This document shows, one piece after another, positions 1-9,037 of a stretch of 64,000 nucleotides of DNA (position 1 is the first letter of the stretch; the number at the start of each line of letters is the position of its first letter). The notes beneath the pieces are model-generated. The model was not told the DNA's origin. It worked only from the letters and a program-made list of their open reading frames with translations, and did not search any database. Source of the DNA: an uncultured Amylibacter sp. (lineage in GTDB: Bacteria; Pseudomonadota; Alphaproteobacteria; Rhodobacterales; Rhodobacteraceae); contig OX044354.1 in assembly GCA_943846615.1 (NCBI GenBank), forward strand, positions 622,359 through 686,358. Reading direction: 5' to 3'. Made by a program: the position numbers and the translations under genes.

Positions 1-149
1 ACGTGAATGGTTCTTAGCCCCACTTTTTGTAATCAAAGAAGCTGTAGAAAAGATTAAGGACGGCACAATTACTAGTGTTCGGTACAATCCTAAAACGGTG
101 GCATTTGAAAAGATTTGATTGCCAGAAAATGAGCGAGGAAAGATGAGTT

Positions 150-533
150 ATGTGTAAACCTGGATACCACTTTAAGCTTTGCACATGTGCGGCAGAAGAC
201 ATTGATGAGGAAAATTTCTGGCGCTTATTGCGGATCGACACATCGCCGCAAACGTTTGAGAGAACCATTGGTGTTTTTTGTTTTCCAGAACCTAATGTCG
301 AAAATACTGCAAATTATTTGAAAAATAAAATGCTCGAGGACTTAAACAAACATTCAGTTTTTGATTTTGAATATGCGCCAGTAGAGGGCGATACTTTGGA
401 AGTCACAATGGATGGGCGTGAGCTTTCTTTTAAGTATGAAAATGGTAAGTTTGTTGAAGGTGAGGAAGATTATAGCTTCAGACCTATGGAAGAGCATGCG
501 GAAGGCCGCATTGATGTTTGGTCTAAAGGTTAA
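150..533 (+). CDS. hypothetical protein (127 aa)
   Basis: ORF track only. I recognise no motif. Confidence 0.3.
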   Translation: MCKPGYHFKLCTCAAEDIDEENFWRLLRIDTSPQTFERTIGVFCFPEPNVENTANYLKNKMLEDLNKHSVFDFEYAPVEGDTLEVTMDGRELSFKYENGKFVEGEEDYSFRPMEEHAEGRIDVWSKG

Positions 534-823
534 AGTGAAATTCTATTAAAAGCTAATAATTGGGTATCAACTCATAGTGCTCGCCATAAAGACTAAGCCC
601 TATTCTTTTCATATAACCTTCGCACTTCACTATCTTTTTTAGTGGCCATTTAGATAGTTTCCGTGTTCGATGTGACTCTTAAAACCAGTCTGCAATGCCC
701 TGTTTAGTGCAGTCTGATCCAATGCTGCTCCCGATGACTTGGTTACATGCGTGTTTCATTGCTCGAAGTAACTCATGTTTCTGATCGTCAGCTACAATGA
801 CGCTCCCTCAAGAACACCCATCC

Positions 824-1312
824 TCAATTTAGGTATTTGCAACGTTTCTGCTGAAACGCCTCTTCAATCAAACATAACTGTTTGAACATATTCTCTGTTG
901 GCGAAGACTTAGTCTTTGGTGGGTAAAGGTCATGAGGGAAAACACTTGGTACGTAAGTATCGATACCGTGCTTCTGCGCATGATTATCAGCCTTGAATAT
1001 GTAATTGATGTAGTTTGAAAACGACGACGAGAACTTATGCTTTGGCTTGGTACTTTCCTCAAACTTCCGGACCCAAATCGTATTCCAACTGCATACACCA
1101 TCAGCATCAATAAGAGGCTTTTTCACTTCCCGTATGTCTGAAATTGCTGATTGTATTAGACAGATATATTTGGGTAGGTCTGCCTCAATGCGACACCAAT
1201 CTGATTTAGAAAAGACCATTAAGCCATGGAAATGAGGTTCATATGCTGCCTTTAAGGTTTCCAATCCAACTGTCCCAGACCTTGAGCTTTCAACATCACC
1301 TGCAATCATCAT
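824..1312 (-). CDS. hypothetical protein, possible remnant of an HUH-type rolling-circle Rep
   Basis: Contains EPHFHGLMVF (His-hydrophobic-His) and NYINYIFK (Tyr..Tyr..Lys). Upstream, 1313-1540 continues as open stretches in two other frames, which suggests decay. Confidence 0.25.
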   Translation of the reverse strand: MMIAGDVESSRSGTVGLETLKAAYEPHFHGLMVFSKSDWCRIEADLPKYICLIQSAISDIREVKKPLIDADGVCSWNTIWVRKFEESTKPKHKFSSSFSNYINYIFKADNHAQKHGIDTYVPSVFPHDLYPPKTKSSPTENMFKQLCLIEEAFQQKRCKYLN

Positions 1313-1892
1313 AGAATAGGTAAAGTTATCTGGTTTTGATATATCTCCATAAAGTATGCTCGATGTACCTTCTCGAAGACTGCTCTCTTGAAGTGTTCTG
1401 TATCAAATACTTCATTTGTATATATGGTAATGGCTAATGATCTCTCTGATGCTGACTTCAACATTATCATGCTTAAATAACAGTCTAGATTGATACATGA
1501 GTGTTTCTTGTTGGTTTTTGTTTAGTCTCATAATGCAAATTCCTTTCGGCAATAGAAATCCATTGACGTCGATGTACGCGCCTTTGGATCGTCAGTGATT
1601 TAGATGGTTAGAAGCATCACCGCGGCGTTGCTTTTTCGCCACCCATCTATTTATGTGGGCAGAACGGTCTCATTCGAAAAAAACTGAAAATTTTTGAATT
1701 ATTTTCGCAGAACGCTCATCGAGCGTCTGAGCTTAGCATTGTGCATCCAACTGGGATGTACTGCTTTGGTCATTCTGTCTCAAATAATATGCCTTATTCT
1801 AACAACGAGTAATTAGAACGTTCATAGGCTCATCCCAGTCAAAGCTGACATTCCGTAGTAACACCTGAGTACACTTAAAGATGGCTGGTGCA

Positions 1893-1974
1893 TGTTACCA
1901 CATAGATAGTAACATTATGGCTATATTTGATTTACTTGTTACTAGAATCAGCGTACACTAGACTCAAATGTTAC
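1893..1974. promoter_or_regulatory. TGTTAC repeat cluster upstream of the recombinase gene (putative res/operator site)
   Basis: Inverted pair TGTTAC-N10-GTAACA at 1893-1914, plus direct TGTTAC copies at 1937-1942 and 1969-1974, directly 5' of the serine recombinase start. Confidence 0.3.
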
Positions 1975-1988
1975 CAAAGAGGTATGTG

Positions 1989-2543
1989 ATGTCTTTAATC
2001 GGGTATAAGCGCGTTAGTTCTGAAGCTCAGTCAACAGATCGTCAGGATTTGGGTGAGCTTGATAAGGTCTTTGAGGAAAAGCTATCAGGCAAAAGTGCAT
2101 CTGATCGACCAGCACTATTGGCTATGATTGATTATGCTCGTGATGGTGACACGGTTAAGGTTCACTCTATTGATCGACTAGCAAGAGACCTGCGTGATCT
2201 ACAGTCCATCATTAGTCAGCTTAACGACAAAGGTGTTGCGATCTCGTTCTTGAGTGAGAGGCTGACATTTAACGCAGGTGCTGATGATGCCTTCGCTAAA
2301 CTACAACTACAGATGATGGGTGCGTTTGCTGAGTTTGAGCGCAACATTATTCGCAAGCGTCAAGCTGAGGGCATCGCCAAAGCTAAAGCCCGTGGCGTTT
2401 ATAAAGATCGAAAGCGTTCAACAGTTATTGATCGTGACGAGGTACGCAAGCTCAAGGCTGAGGGTCTTTCCACATACAAGATAGCTGACAAGATGGGCAT
2501 CTCACGGATGTCAGTTCATCGTATTCTTAACAACGCTGCTTGA
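1989..2543 (+). CDS. serine recombinase (resolvase/invertase family)
   Basis: MSLIGYKRVSSEAQSTDRQ places the catalytic Ser in context. It also has SIDRLARD and a C-terminal HTH (KIADKMGISRMSVHRIL). The ATG at 1989 is preceded by AAAGAGG at 1976-1982. The ORF track start at 1968 is probably too early. Confidence 0.9.
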   Translation: MSLIGYKRVSSEAQSTDRQDLGELDKVFEEKLSGKSASDRPALLAMIDYARDGDTVKVHSIDRLARDLRDLQSIISQLNDKGVAISFLSERLTFNAGADDAFAKLQLQMMGAFAEFERNIIRKRQAEGIAKAKARGVYKDRKRSTVIDRDEVRKLKAEGLSTYKIADKMGISRMSVHRILNNAA

Positions 2544-3109
2544 TAGGTAAAAGGGTGCGCCCCCAGAAGGCTGTAGCGCCTCACTGAGGGGCAGTAAACT
2601 CTGGGTCACTCGAGATTGTTTGAGGTTGGTCTGAGCCTGTAGGGTGCGTCTGAGGGGCAGTGGAACCTATGAAAAGCCAAAGAACTTTTCGGTTTGTCCG
2701 TGGAGTAAAATTTGCCGATGTGTTTTTAGGTAGCGACAGCGGCTCAACGATCACGAACCTCGAAGCACATCAGGCCACTGGCATAACCAAGATGATGGAG
2801 ATGAAAGGTGTTAAAAGATCAGAGAAATTTTTGTCAATATTACCAAATATTTTAACCCTTTGTTACCAGCCCAAAGTTAAAATCTTAGTTCTGAAAAAAT
2901 CAACTTTCTCCATAAGTGGTTCCTCAGGCAGTAGGTCCTTAAAGCCTTTCAGTATCATTTTTTGATCTGTTACCACCCCACATGAAAGACAAATCCACTT
3001 TTTAGATTGAGGGGCGACAGTAAAGAAACAACTTCTTTCTTTGTTTAGAGGGCACTGTGTTTGTGGGTAAGTAAAGACACGCGACAGAAATTTATTAGAA
3101 TATTCGCGT

Positions 3110-4773
3110 CTATTTTTCGAAGTTTTTTAAGTTATCCTGTCTGATAGCATCCATATAATTCATATATTCAGTAAATAAATATAACAGTTGATCGCCTGAC
3201 AGAGACATTAATTTTGGCCAAATTACTGCCCACCGCTTATTACCCCTGCTTATCTCTTCCCAACTCGTAATTCCAAAAAAAGTGTAGGGTTTTGAAAGTT
3301 TTCCCAACCTTAATATTGTCTCCTTAATTTTTTGAGTATCAAGATTAGTTCCAAAGCAATAAAGCAACTTTCTATTTTTATTGCCCTTACGACCGCCATA
3401 ATAGTGGAAAATTACAGTTTTTGGATCAGCATATTTCACTTCAACGTAAGCTTTATCAGAACTTTTATTTGGCGTTTTGATGACGTCACCGACATAAACT
3501 TTTTCTAATGGGACAATGTCTTTCGCGCTGCTCGTGCCTACTATTGCCCCACAAAATCTACAGTTTTCAGAGGTAGCAGCAATAATAGCATCACAACTTT
3601 CGCACTTTTTGGGTCTTGCAAAATACTCATTAGCCAGGGCCGCCTCTGGTATACTCACATCATTAACAAAACCTAACCTGCTGATGTTACCACCATAATC
3701 CAGTACAAGACAATTTTCCTTTTTGGCGTGAGGGCGCATTCCCCTACCTAACATTTGTATATGCAGAGATGGGCTTCGCGTGGGGCGTGCCATCACAATG
3801 AAGTCTAAGTCAGGTGCATCAAAACCAGTTGTAAGCACACCCACATTAGCAATTAATGAAACATCGCCCTTTTTAAACTTCAATAACCGTTCTGCTCTAT
3901 CAATTGCCGATAAATCAGAATGAATGAATGTTGAAGCTAAACCAGCCTCACCAAACCGAGCAGACATGTCCTCAGCATGAGATTTACTCACACAAAAAGC
4001 TAAACCCTTTTTCCGCCCCATGATCCTTCCCATTGTTTCAGAAACGATTTTTTTTGTAATTTCAGCACGATTGATATGCTCATCAAGCGACCAGTCAGCA
4101 AAATCATTTTTTGTTTTTTGAACCTTTGACAAATCGAGCGTGTCATGGGGTTGGATACCCTTTAAATCGCTTAAATACCCCTCAGAAATTAGCTTTGTGA
4201 AATCTGCGCCCCCCGAAATATCATAGAAAACTTTATCAAATGTCTTACCCCTCGCACAAATGCCCCATATCCATACGGAAAGGCGTGGCAGTGAGGCCAA
4301 CAATTCGAAGTGCAGGATTTACTTCTTTCAAATCATGAATGAACTGTTGGTACATTCCCTCACTTTTGTCAGAAAGCAAATGGCATTCATCAATAAGCAG
4401 TAAGTTGATAGTGCCAAATTTTTTAGCAGATCGAAATACCGATTGAATACCAGCGTAGATAATTGGTTGTGTAAACGCTCGGGAATTTAAGCCAGCGGAA
4501 TTTATCCCAGCTGGTGGCCTTCCAGGGGGGTGTTCCCAATGCATTTTAAGTTTTTCAAAATTTTGCTCAATTAGTTCTTTAACATGCGTCCACCATTAAT
4601 ATTCTGATGGTATTGTTGTGTCTAAAATACGTTTGAACGAGGTCAGCAATTATATGACTTTTACCAGTTCCAGTGGGCAGTACCGCTAAACCAGCTGAAC
4701 CACCGTCTTTCAGATATTTGCTAGCCGCTCGAACTGCTTCAGCTTGATAATATCGTGGCTTGTAACCTTGCAT
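3110..4773 (-). pseudogene. SF2 DEAD/DEAH-type helicase, disrupted by two frameshifts
   Basis: Three consecutive minus-strand ORFs (4579-4773, 4245-4544, 3110-4303) give ordered helicase motifs: LPTGTGKSH (I), LLIDECH (II), GLTATP (III) and HIQMLGRGMRP (VI). A CxxC..CxxC zinc ribbon follows. The frame changes near 4545-4580 and 4245-4303. Confidence 0.8.
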
Positions 4774-4919
4774 GCTACTCCTAAGAATCTAACCTCATAA
4801 AAGGTGAGAATTATTTCTCATAAATTTATTCATCATAATTCATTCCTTAATCTCAACAGCAGTGACACTCGCTGTCAGCATCACCAAAGAACAAGGACGA
4901 CTCATTAGCCAAGTTTAAG

Positions 4920-5942
4920 CTAGTCGGCATCGCTTTTCTTTGACCACCATGTGCCAACTTTCCCACCAAAATCAGAAACCGCTCCTTCGCCAGTCTCCCA
5001 CCAGTCTTTGATATCAGGCATTTCCATTCCCTTAATATCTTCCAAACTTGGAGTAGCTTCCTTTGCTATCTCCCATGCTTTGCTTGGAGATGCTTTGACA
5101 GCAGCCATAATTTCTTCTTTAGGCGGCACTTTAACAGCGCAAACTTTTAAATCGTTATCATTTGTTGTAAAATTAGGATCAAAAGCTCGCTGTAGTTCAG
5201 TCATATCTTTCATCGTAAGGCAGAGGTCTCTGATCTCCAGTGACGTCACTCCGACAATTACAGCAGTCCCAATCCATGGAATTGCTTCACCAGGCATCGA
5301 TGCTACGTTTCGTGCAGCAGAGCGTGCAGACCGTTTTCCAATCTGCTCTGAAGTTTGAGCTACAGCTTTCTTTAAAGCAACTTTTTCACCTTTAAACGTA
5401 ACCAACCCAGCTAACATATCATTATAACGGGATTTCAGAATGCCGTTTGATGCTTTCTGTGTCGCGAGTTCTCCAGCTTGGCTAGTAATTTTTGACTGGA
5501 GTGTCCTCTTGGCTTGTTTTTCAATGACAAGGTTTTGTGAAGCGCGGCCTAATTGTGACTTTAGTTCACTCTTGATCTTTTTTTCTGCTGCTAATTCTAC
5601 CGACGTTTGGGCCAATTGAGTAGACAGTTCGCGCTTCATCTTTTTCTCAGTTATCAGTTTGGCACTTGTTTCGCCCAATTCGGTTTTGAGTTCGCGTTTT
5701 ACTTGCCGCTCAACTACTAAATTATCACCTAATTGAGCAATTTCTGCTTTGTTGCGAGAGCCAATTGTTTGTATGTTTGTTACTGCTTCAAAGCCACTGT
5801 TCAAAATTGAGAACAGAGAGCCGCCAAGGAAGAGAGCCAGATTGATACAAAGCGATAATACCAAAACGAACGATACCAAAAGGAATTTGACAGTTTTAAG
5901 TGCGCGCCAGATGAGTTTTAAAGTTTTCAAGTTGGGTTCCAT
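4920..5942 (-). CDS. membrane-anchored coiled-coil repeat protein, unknown function
   Basis: N-terminal hydrophobic helix (FLLVSFVLVLSLCINLALFLGG). Four to five ~21-aa units of the type xEKKxKRELxxQLxxTSxxL. A second hydrophobic segment (IPWIGTAVIVGVTSL). Confidence 0.5.
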   Translation of the reverse strand: MEPNLKTLKLIWRALKTVKFLLVSFVLVLSLCINLALFLGGSLFSILNSGFEAVTNIQTIGSRNKAEIAQLGDNLVVERQVKRELKTELGETSAKLITEKKMKRELSTQLAQTSVELAAEKKIKSELKSQLGRASQNLVIEKQAKRTLQSKITSQAGELATQKASNGILKSRYNDMLAGLVTFKGEKVALKKAVAQTSEQIGKRSARSAARNVASMPGEAIPWIGTAVIVGVTSLEIRDLCLTMKDMTELQRAFDPNFTTNDNDLKVCAVKVPPKEEIMAAVKASPSKAWEIAKEATPSLEDIKGMEMPDIKDWWETGEGAVSDFGGKVGTWWSKKSDAD

Positions 5943-6136
5943 CCATCAAAATAATCAAAATTTACTGTGTCTACGTAATACACTTTGAACAACCCCAAAA
6001 GACAACAAGCCCCTCAGATCAACTGTGAGCAACCTTGTTATGGGAGACACAAGGCTGGCACAACGGCATTAGCAAATGAAGATATCCATTTTGGATGGAA
6101 CTTTCTCAGCACTCAAATGGCACCTCAACGAAATTG

Positions 6137-6451
6137 TTATACCGCCTTCTCCAACCACTCCCTCATCACACTCACTGGATAACCTGAACCGTACCCCTGC
6201 CCTACACCATCAGTCGTCCACCCACCTATCTGGTAGGTAGTATCTGAAGGACATTGTACTGCCCTCAATCTGTCTCGTATTGAGTGGCTGAAGCTGTGCA
6301 TCGTGCATCCATCAGGAACGTACTGTTCTAACCATTTATTAAGTGCTTTACGGGTGACTTTTCGGTTGTACCTTGTGAAGATAAAAGCTGATGCCGTACC
6401 CACTTCTACCATGCAATTAAGTGCCCATAAAATATTTAAAAACCTATACAC
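6137..6451 (-). pseudogene. tyrosine recombinase (integrase) C-terminal fragment
   Basis: Box-II-like MHSFSHSIRDRL, GGW, and a terminal GYGSGY tyrosine region. About three quarters of a normal integrase is missing. Only ~48 nt separate the top of the ORF from R1. Confidence 0.7.
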
Positions 6452-6499
6452 AAAACCAATACACCGTCAATTAAGTCATTGTTAATAAACAATTGATAT

Positions 6500-6546
6500 G
6501 GATTGCAAATCCGTGTACACGAGTTCGATTCTCGTACTCGCCTCCA
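6500..6546 (+). repeat. R1: 3' 47 nt of a tRNA-Cys(GCA) gene (anticodon loop to CCA), no 5' half
   Basis: Sequence is ggaTTGCAAAtccgt gtac ACGAGttcgattCTCGT actcgcc t cca. It shows the anticodon loop with GCA, the T-arm, the 3' acceptor strand, discriminator U and CCA. No matching GGCGAGT acceptor 5' strand lies upstream. Confidence 0.85.
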
Positions 6547-6685
6547 ATAAAATCAATGGGTTAGCCAATTTTCGTGCAATATGGTTTGTAAAACGGTTCC
6601 CACGAATGCAAAAACACTAAGTAAAATAAGCAATTGTGCTGATCTTACCCCCCCGACTTTCAATGTTTGCTTAGGGCCCTTTCCT
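6547..6685 (+). repeat. cassette left arm (homologous to 23535-23685)
   Basis: Shared blocks include ataaaatcaatgggttagc, tGTAAAAC and cttcaatgtttgctt.g.gccct. Confidence 0.6.
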
Positions 6686-6937
6686 TACAAATTTCAATCC
6701 ATCGTTAGGAACCATATCGTGGAGGGGATGAATTTGGAAACTAAGATATGAATTACGGCCCATTCTTCGTTTCGCATCAGCTCCTCTGCTGTGTGACACT
6801 AACGTCTCATTCATTCAGGGTGCCTGTTTGATGACAGTTGTGCCGGCTAAGAATCTCGCTTGTTTTTATGATTGGTATTCTAATAAATTCATGTATTATT
6901 ATTTAAATTCTTGTGACCTAAGAAATGGGGGCTTCTT

Positions 6938-8926
6938 ATGCCAACTAATATTATTAAAAAAACCGCAATGGGTGCGTCTCTGATAGCAATGTCCGTGGCT
7001 GCTCCTGCAGTATTTGCGGATACTCCTGCAAAAACAGTTAACTGGGAAGGTACATATGCCGGTGTCGGTTTAGATATTTCAGACACGAGTGTTGCCGGCT
7101 CGACAGATTATGGGGGGATGTATGGTGGTGATATAAAGCCTTCTCCAAATATATCTCTTGGTAAAAACTGGCAATCTGGCAATGTTGTAAAAGGTATTGA
7201 GCTTTCCTTTTTTGGTGGAATGGATGGCGGCTATCTTTTTGATGAACCACAATTTAACAATGCATATTTGGCGACTTATGATTGGAATTGGGCAGCATCT
7301 ATTTCTGGCCGCGTTGGTATTGCGAATGGTCGCTGGCTAACTTACGCCTCCGCAGGTGTAACTTATGCCGATCTCTTTCTTTTAGCGAGTGAAGACCAAC
7401 CATTGGCTACTGACACATACGCAATTTTTTCCGATTCCAAACAATTGGGCTTCAACGCAGGATTTGGCGTGGAATATGCGTTAAATAAGGGTGGATCGTT
7501 GGGATTGGAATATGTTTATACAGCATTTCCATCGGTTTTTTCTGATACACGACCAAATGGTGCAACCTCAAACTCAGCAGGTGATCTTGCTACAGATTCC
7601 CATACGCTTCGGTTCACTTATAATTACTACTTTGGTGATGGATTGAAGGAAACTGAAAACAGTTCTCTAGATCCTTCCGCCTCATGGGCGGGTGGATATC
7701 TATCGACTTTTGCCCAAGCTGGATTAATTTTGGACGATAACCTGAATGGTAATTATTACGGAAACACTCGTGCCTATTCTTCTGCAAACGCTCTAGGGCT
7801 TGGCGTTGGATATAATTGGCAGATTGGTAATTTTGTTTACGGTGCGGCTGTTGATGTAGCCAGCGGTGGTTTAAAATCTGATTCATACTATGGGGACGAT
7901 TACGCAAAAGAGCTAGAGTGGAATTGGCTCACAACTATCAGAGGCCGTGCAGGTATCGCTACTGGTGATTTGTTATTTTACGGAACGGCAGGGCTTGCAG
8001 TGGCCGATGCTTTCATGGGCCTTTGTGACACAACTAATGCTTCTAACGGATGCGATGCTGCTGACTTTGAAAATACTTATGACGGCACTACTTTGGGATT
8101 GGTCGCTGGGATTGGTGCTGAATATCGCTTAAGCGGACGTAGCACAATTTTCATGGAATATAATACACTATCGTTTCCTTCGGTTTTATCCACGACTGCA
8201 GGAAGTACCGCACCTGTCGGAGCGGCAGATTCTACAGCAAGTGCGCACTTCTTGAAATTTGGATTAAATTATTCCTTTGCGCCGAGCCAATCAAAAAGCG
8301 CCGTTGAAACCCACGACTGGTCAGGAACTTACGCAGGGCTTGCTTTCGCACCTCAAAACCAATTTCTATCTGCAGCACATTACGATACTGGTGGTAACGG
8401 CGCTGAATTAGTGGTGCCTGCTGCTGTTACGTTTGGTAAAAATTGGCAAAGTGGAAATTCAGTGTGGGGCATTTCCGGTGATTTCATGGCTGGCGCTGAT
8501 GAAGTGCATATCCGTTGGGATGATTTTGATTATCAAATTGCTTCTCAGTGGAATTGGTCAGCGTCAATACGCGGTCGAGTGGGTATAGCAACTGGCGATG
8601 CTCTTTTATACGCAACTGCAGGTGTGACCGTTGCAGATATCGAAGCTAGATCTTGCGAATCCAATGGCCCTGGCTCTACGGATTGTACTTTTGCAGGCTC
8701 TTCCGATGTTGAAGCAAGTATTGACGATATCTTTGTTGGCCTCACAGCGGGTATAGGTATTGAGTATGCTGTGAAAGAGAATATGAGTATGTTTGCTGAA
8801 TACCGTTACACTGGATTTTCAAGTAAAAGCAGATTTGGATCGGCAGTTGCGTCAGACTATTATGGTGATTTTACAAATTACAGCCACGGAGTGTTGTTGG
8901 GATTGAACTACAAATTTGGTAAATAA
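6938..8926 (+). CDS. outer-membrane protein with three tandem Omp25/Omp31-type beta-barrel domains
   Basis: Signal peptide ...SVAAPAVFA. Three ~200-aa units (approx nt 7019-7642, 7685-8278, 8299-8923). Each unit has WNW.ASI(S/R)GR.GIA.G..L.Y..AG(V/L)..AD, G...AG.G.EY and a terminal (Y/L)NY.F motif. Confidence 0.8.
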   Translation: MPTNIIKKTAMGASLIAMSVAAPAVFADTPAKTVNWEGTYAGVGLDISDTSVAGSTDYGGMYGGDIKPSPNISLGKNWQSGNVVKGIELSFFGGMDGGYLFDEPQFNNAYLATYDWNWAASISGRVGIANGRWLTYASAGVTYADLFLLASEDQPLATDTYAIFSDSKQLGFNAGFGVEYALNKGGSLGLEYVYTAFPSVFSDTRPNGATSNSAGDLATDSHTLRFTYNYYFGDGLKETENSSLDPSASWAGGYLSTFAQAGLILDDNLNGNYYGNTRAYSSANALGLGVGYNWQIGNFVYGAAVDVASGGLKSDSYYGDDYAKELEWNWLTTIRGRAGIATGDLLFYGTAGLAVADAFMGLCDTTNASNGCDAADFENTYDGTTLGLVAGIGAEYRLSGRSTIFMEYNTLSFPSVLSTTAGSTAPVGAADSTASAHFLKFGLNYSFAPSQSKSAVETHDWSGTYAGLAFAPQNQFLSAAHYDTGGNGAELVVPAAVTFGKNWQSGNSVWGISGDFMAGADEVHIRWDDFDYQIASQWNWSASIRGRVGIATGDALLYATAGVTVADIEARSCESNGPGSTDCTFAGSSDVEASIDDIFVGLTAGIGIEYAVKENMSMFAEYRYTGFSSKSRFGSAVASDYYGDFTNYSHGVLLGLNYKFGK

Positions 8927-8953
8927 TCCTGATCACTATTTAAAGTATTTAAA

Positions 8954-8980
8954 GGGGCGATTGATTGATCGTCCCTTTTT
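8954..8980 (+). terminator. rho-independent terminator after the OMP gene
   Basis: ggggcgat-tgattg-atcgtccc stem-loop followed by TTTTT. Confidence 0.6.
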
Positions 8981-9037
8981 GCATAGGACTACTGGAACGA
9001 TGATAAGTTGTAAAATTTCTTTTTTGAAGGCGAATGC

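Larger units (their letters stand above)
1..6499. mobile_element. decayed mobile/integrative element remnant
   Basis: Holds a serine recombinase, a frameshifted SF2 helicase, a possible HUH Rep-like ORF and an integrase stump that abuts tRNA-Cys fragment R1. The region looks visibly more A+T-rich than the rest of the window. Confidence 0.5.

Noticed and set aside
2660-2965. A 101-aa ORF downstream of the recombinase, and the paired ctgaggggcagt repeats at ~2580-2660
   Set aside because: The ORF has no motif or ribosome-binding site that I could see. The short repeat pair is noted, but two 12-mers are too weak to call a site.
6500-6546. R1-R4 as functional tRNA-Cys genes
   Set aside because: Each copy begins in the anticodon stem. 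No D-arm or complementary 5' acceptor strand (GGCGAGT) precedes any of them. They are reported as att-like fragments instead.
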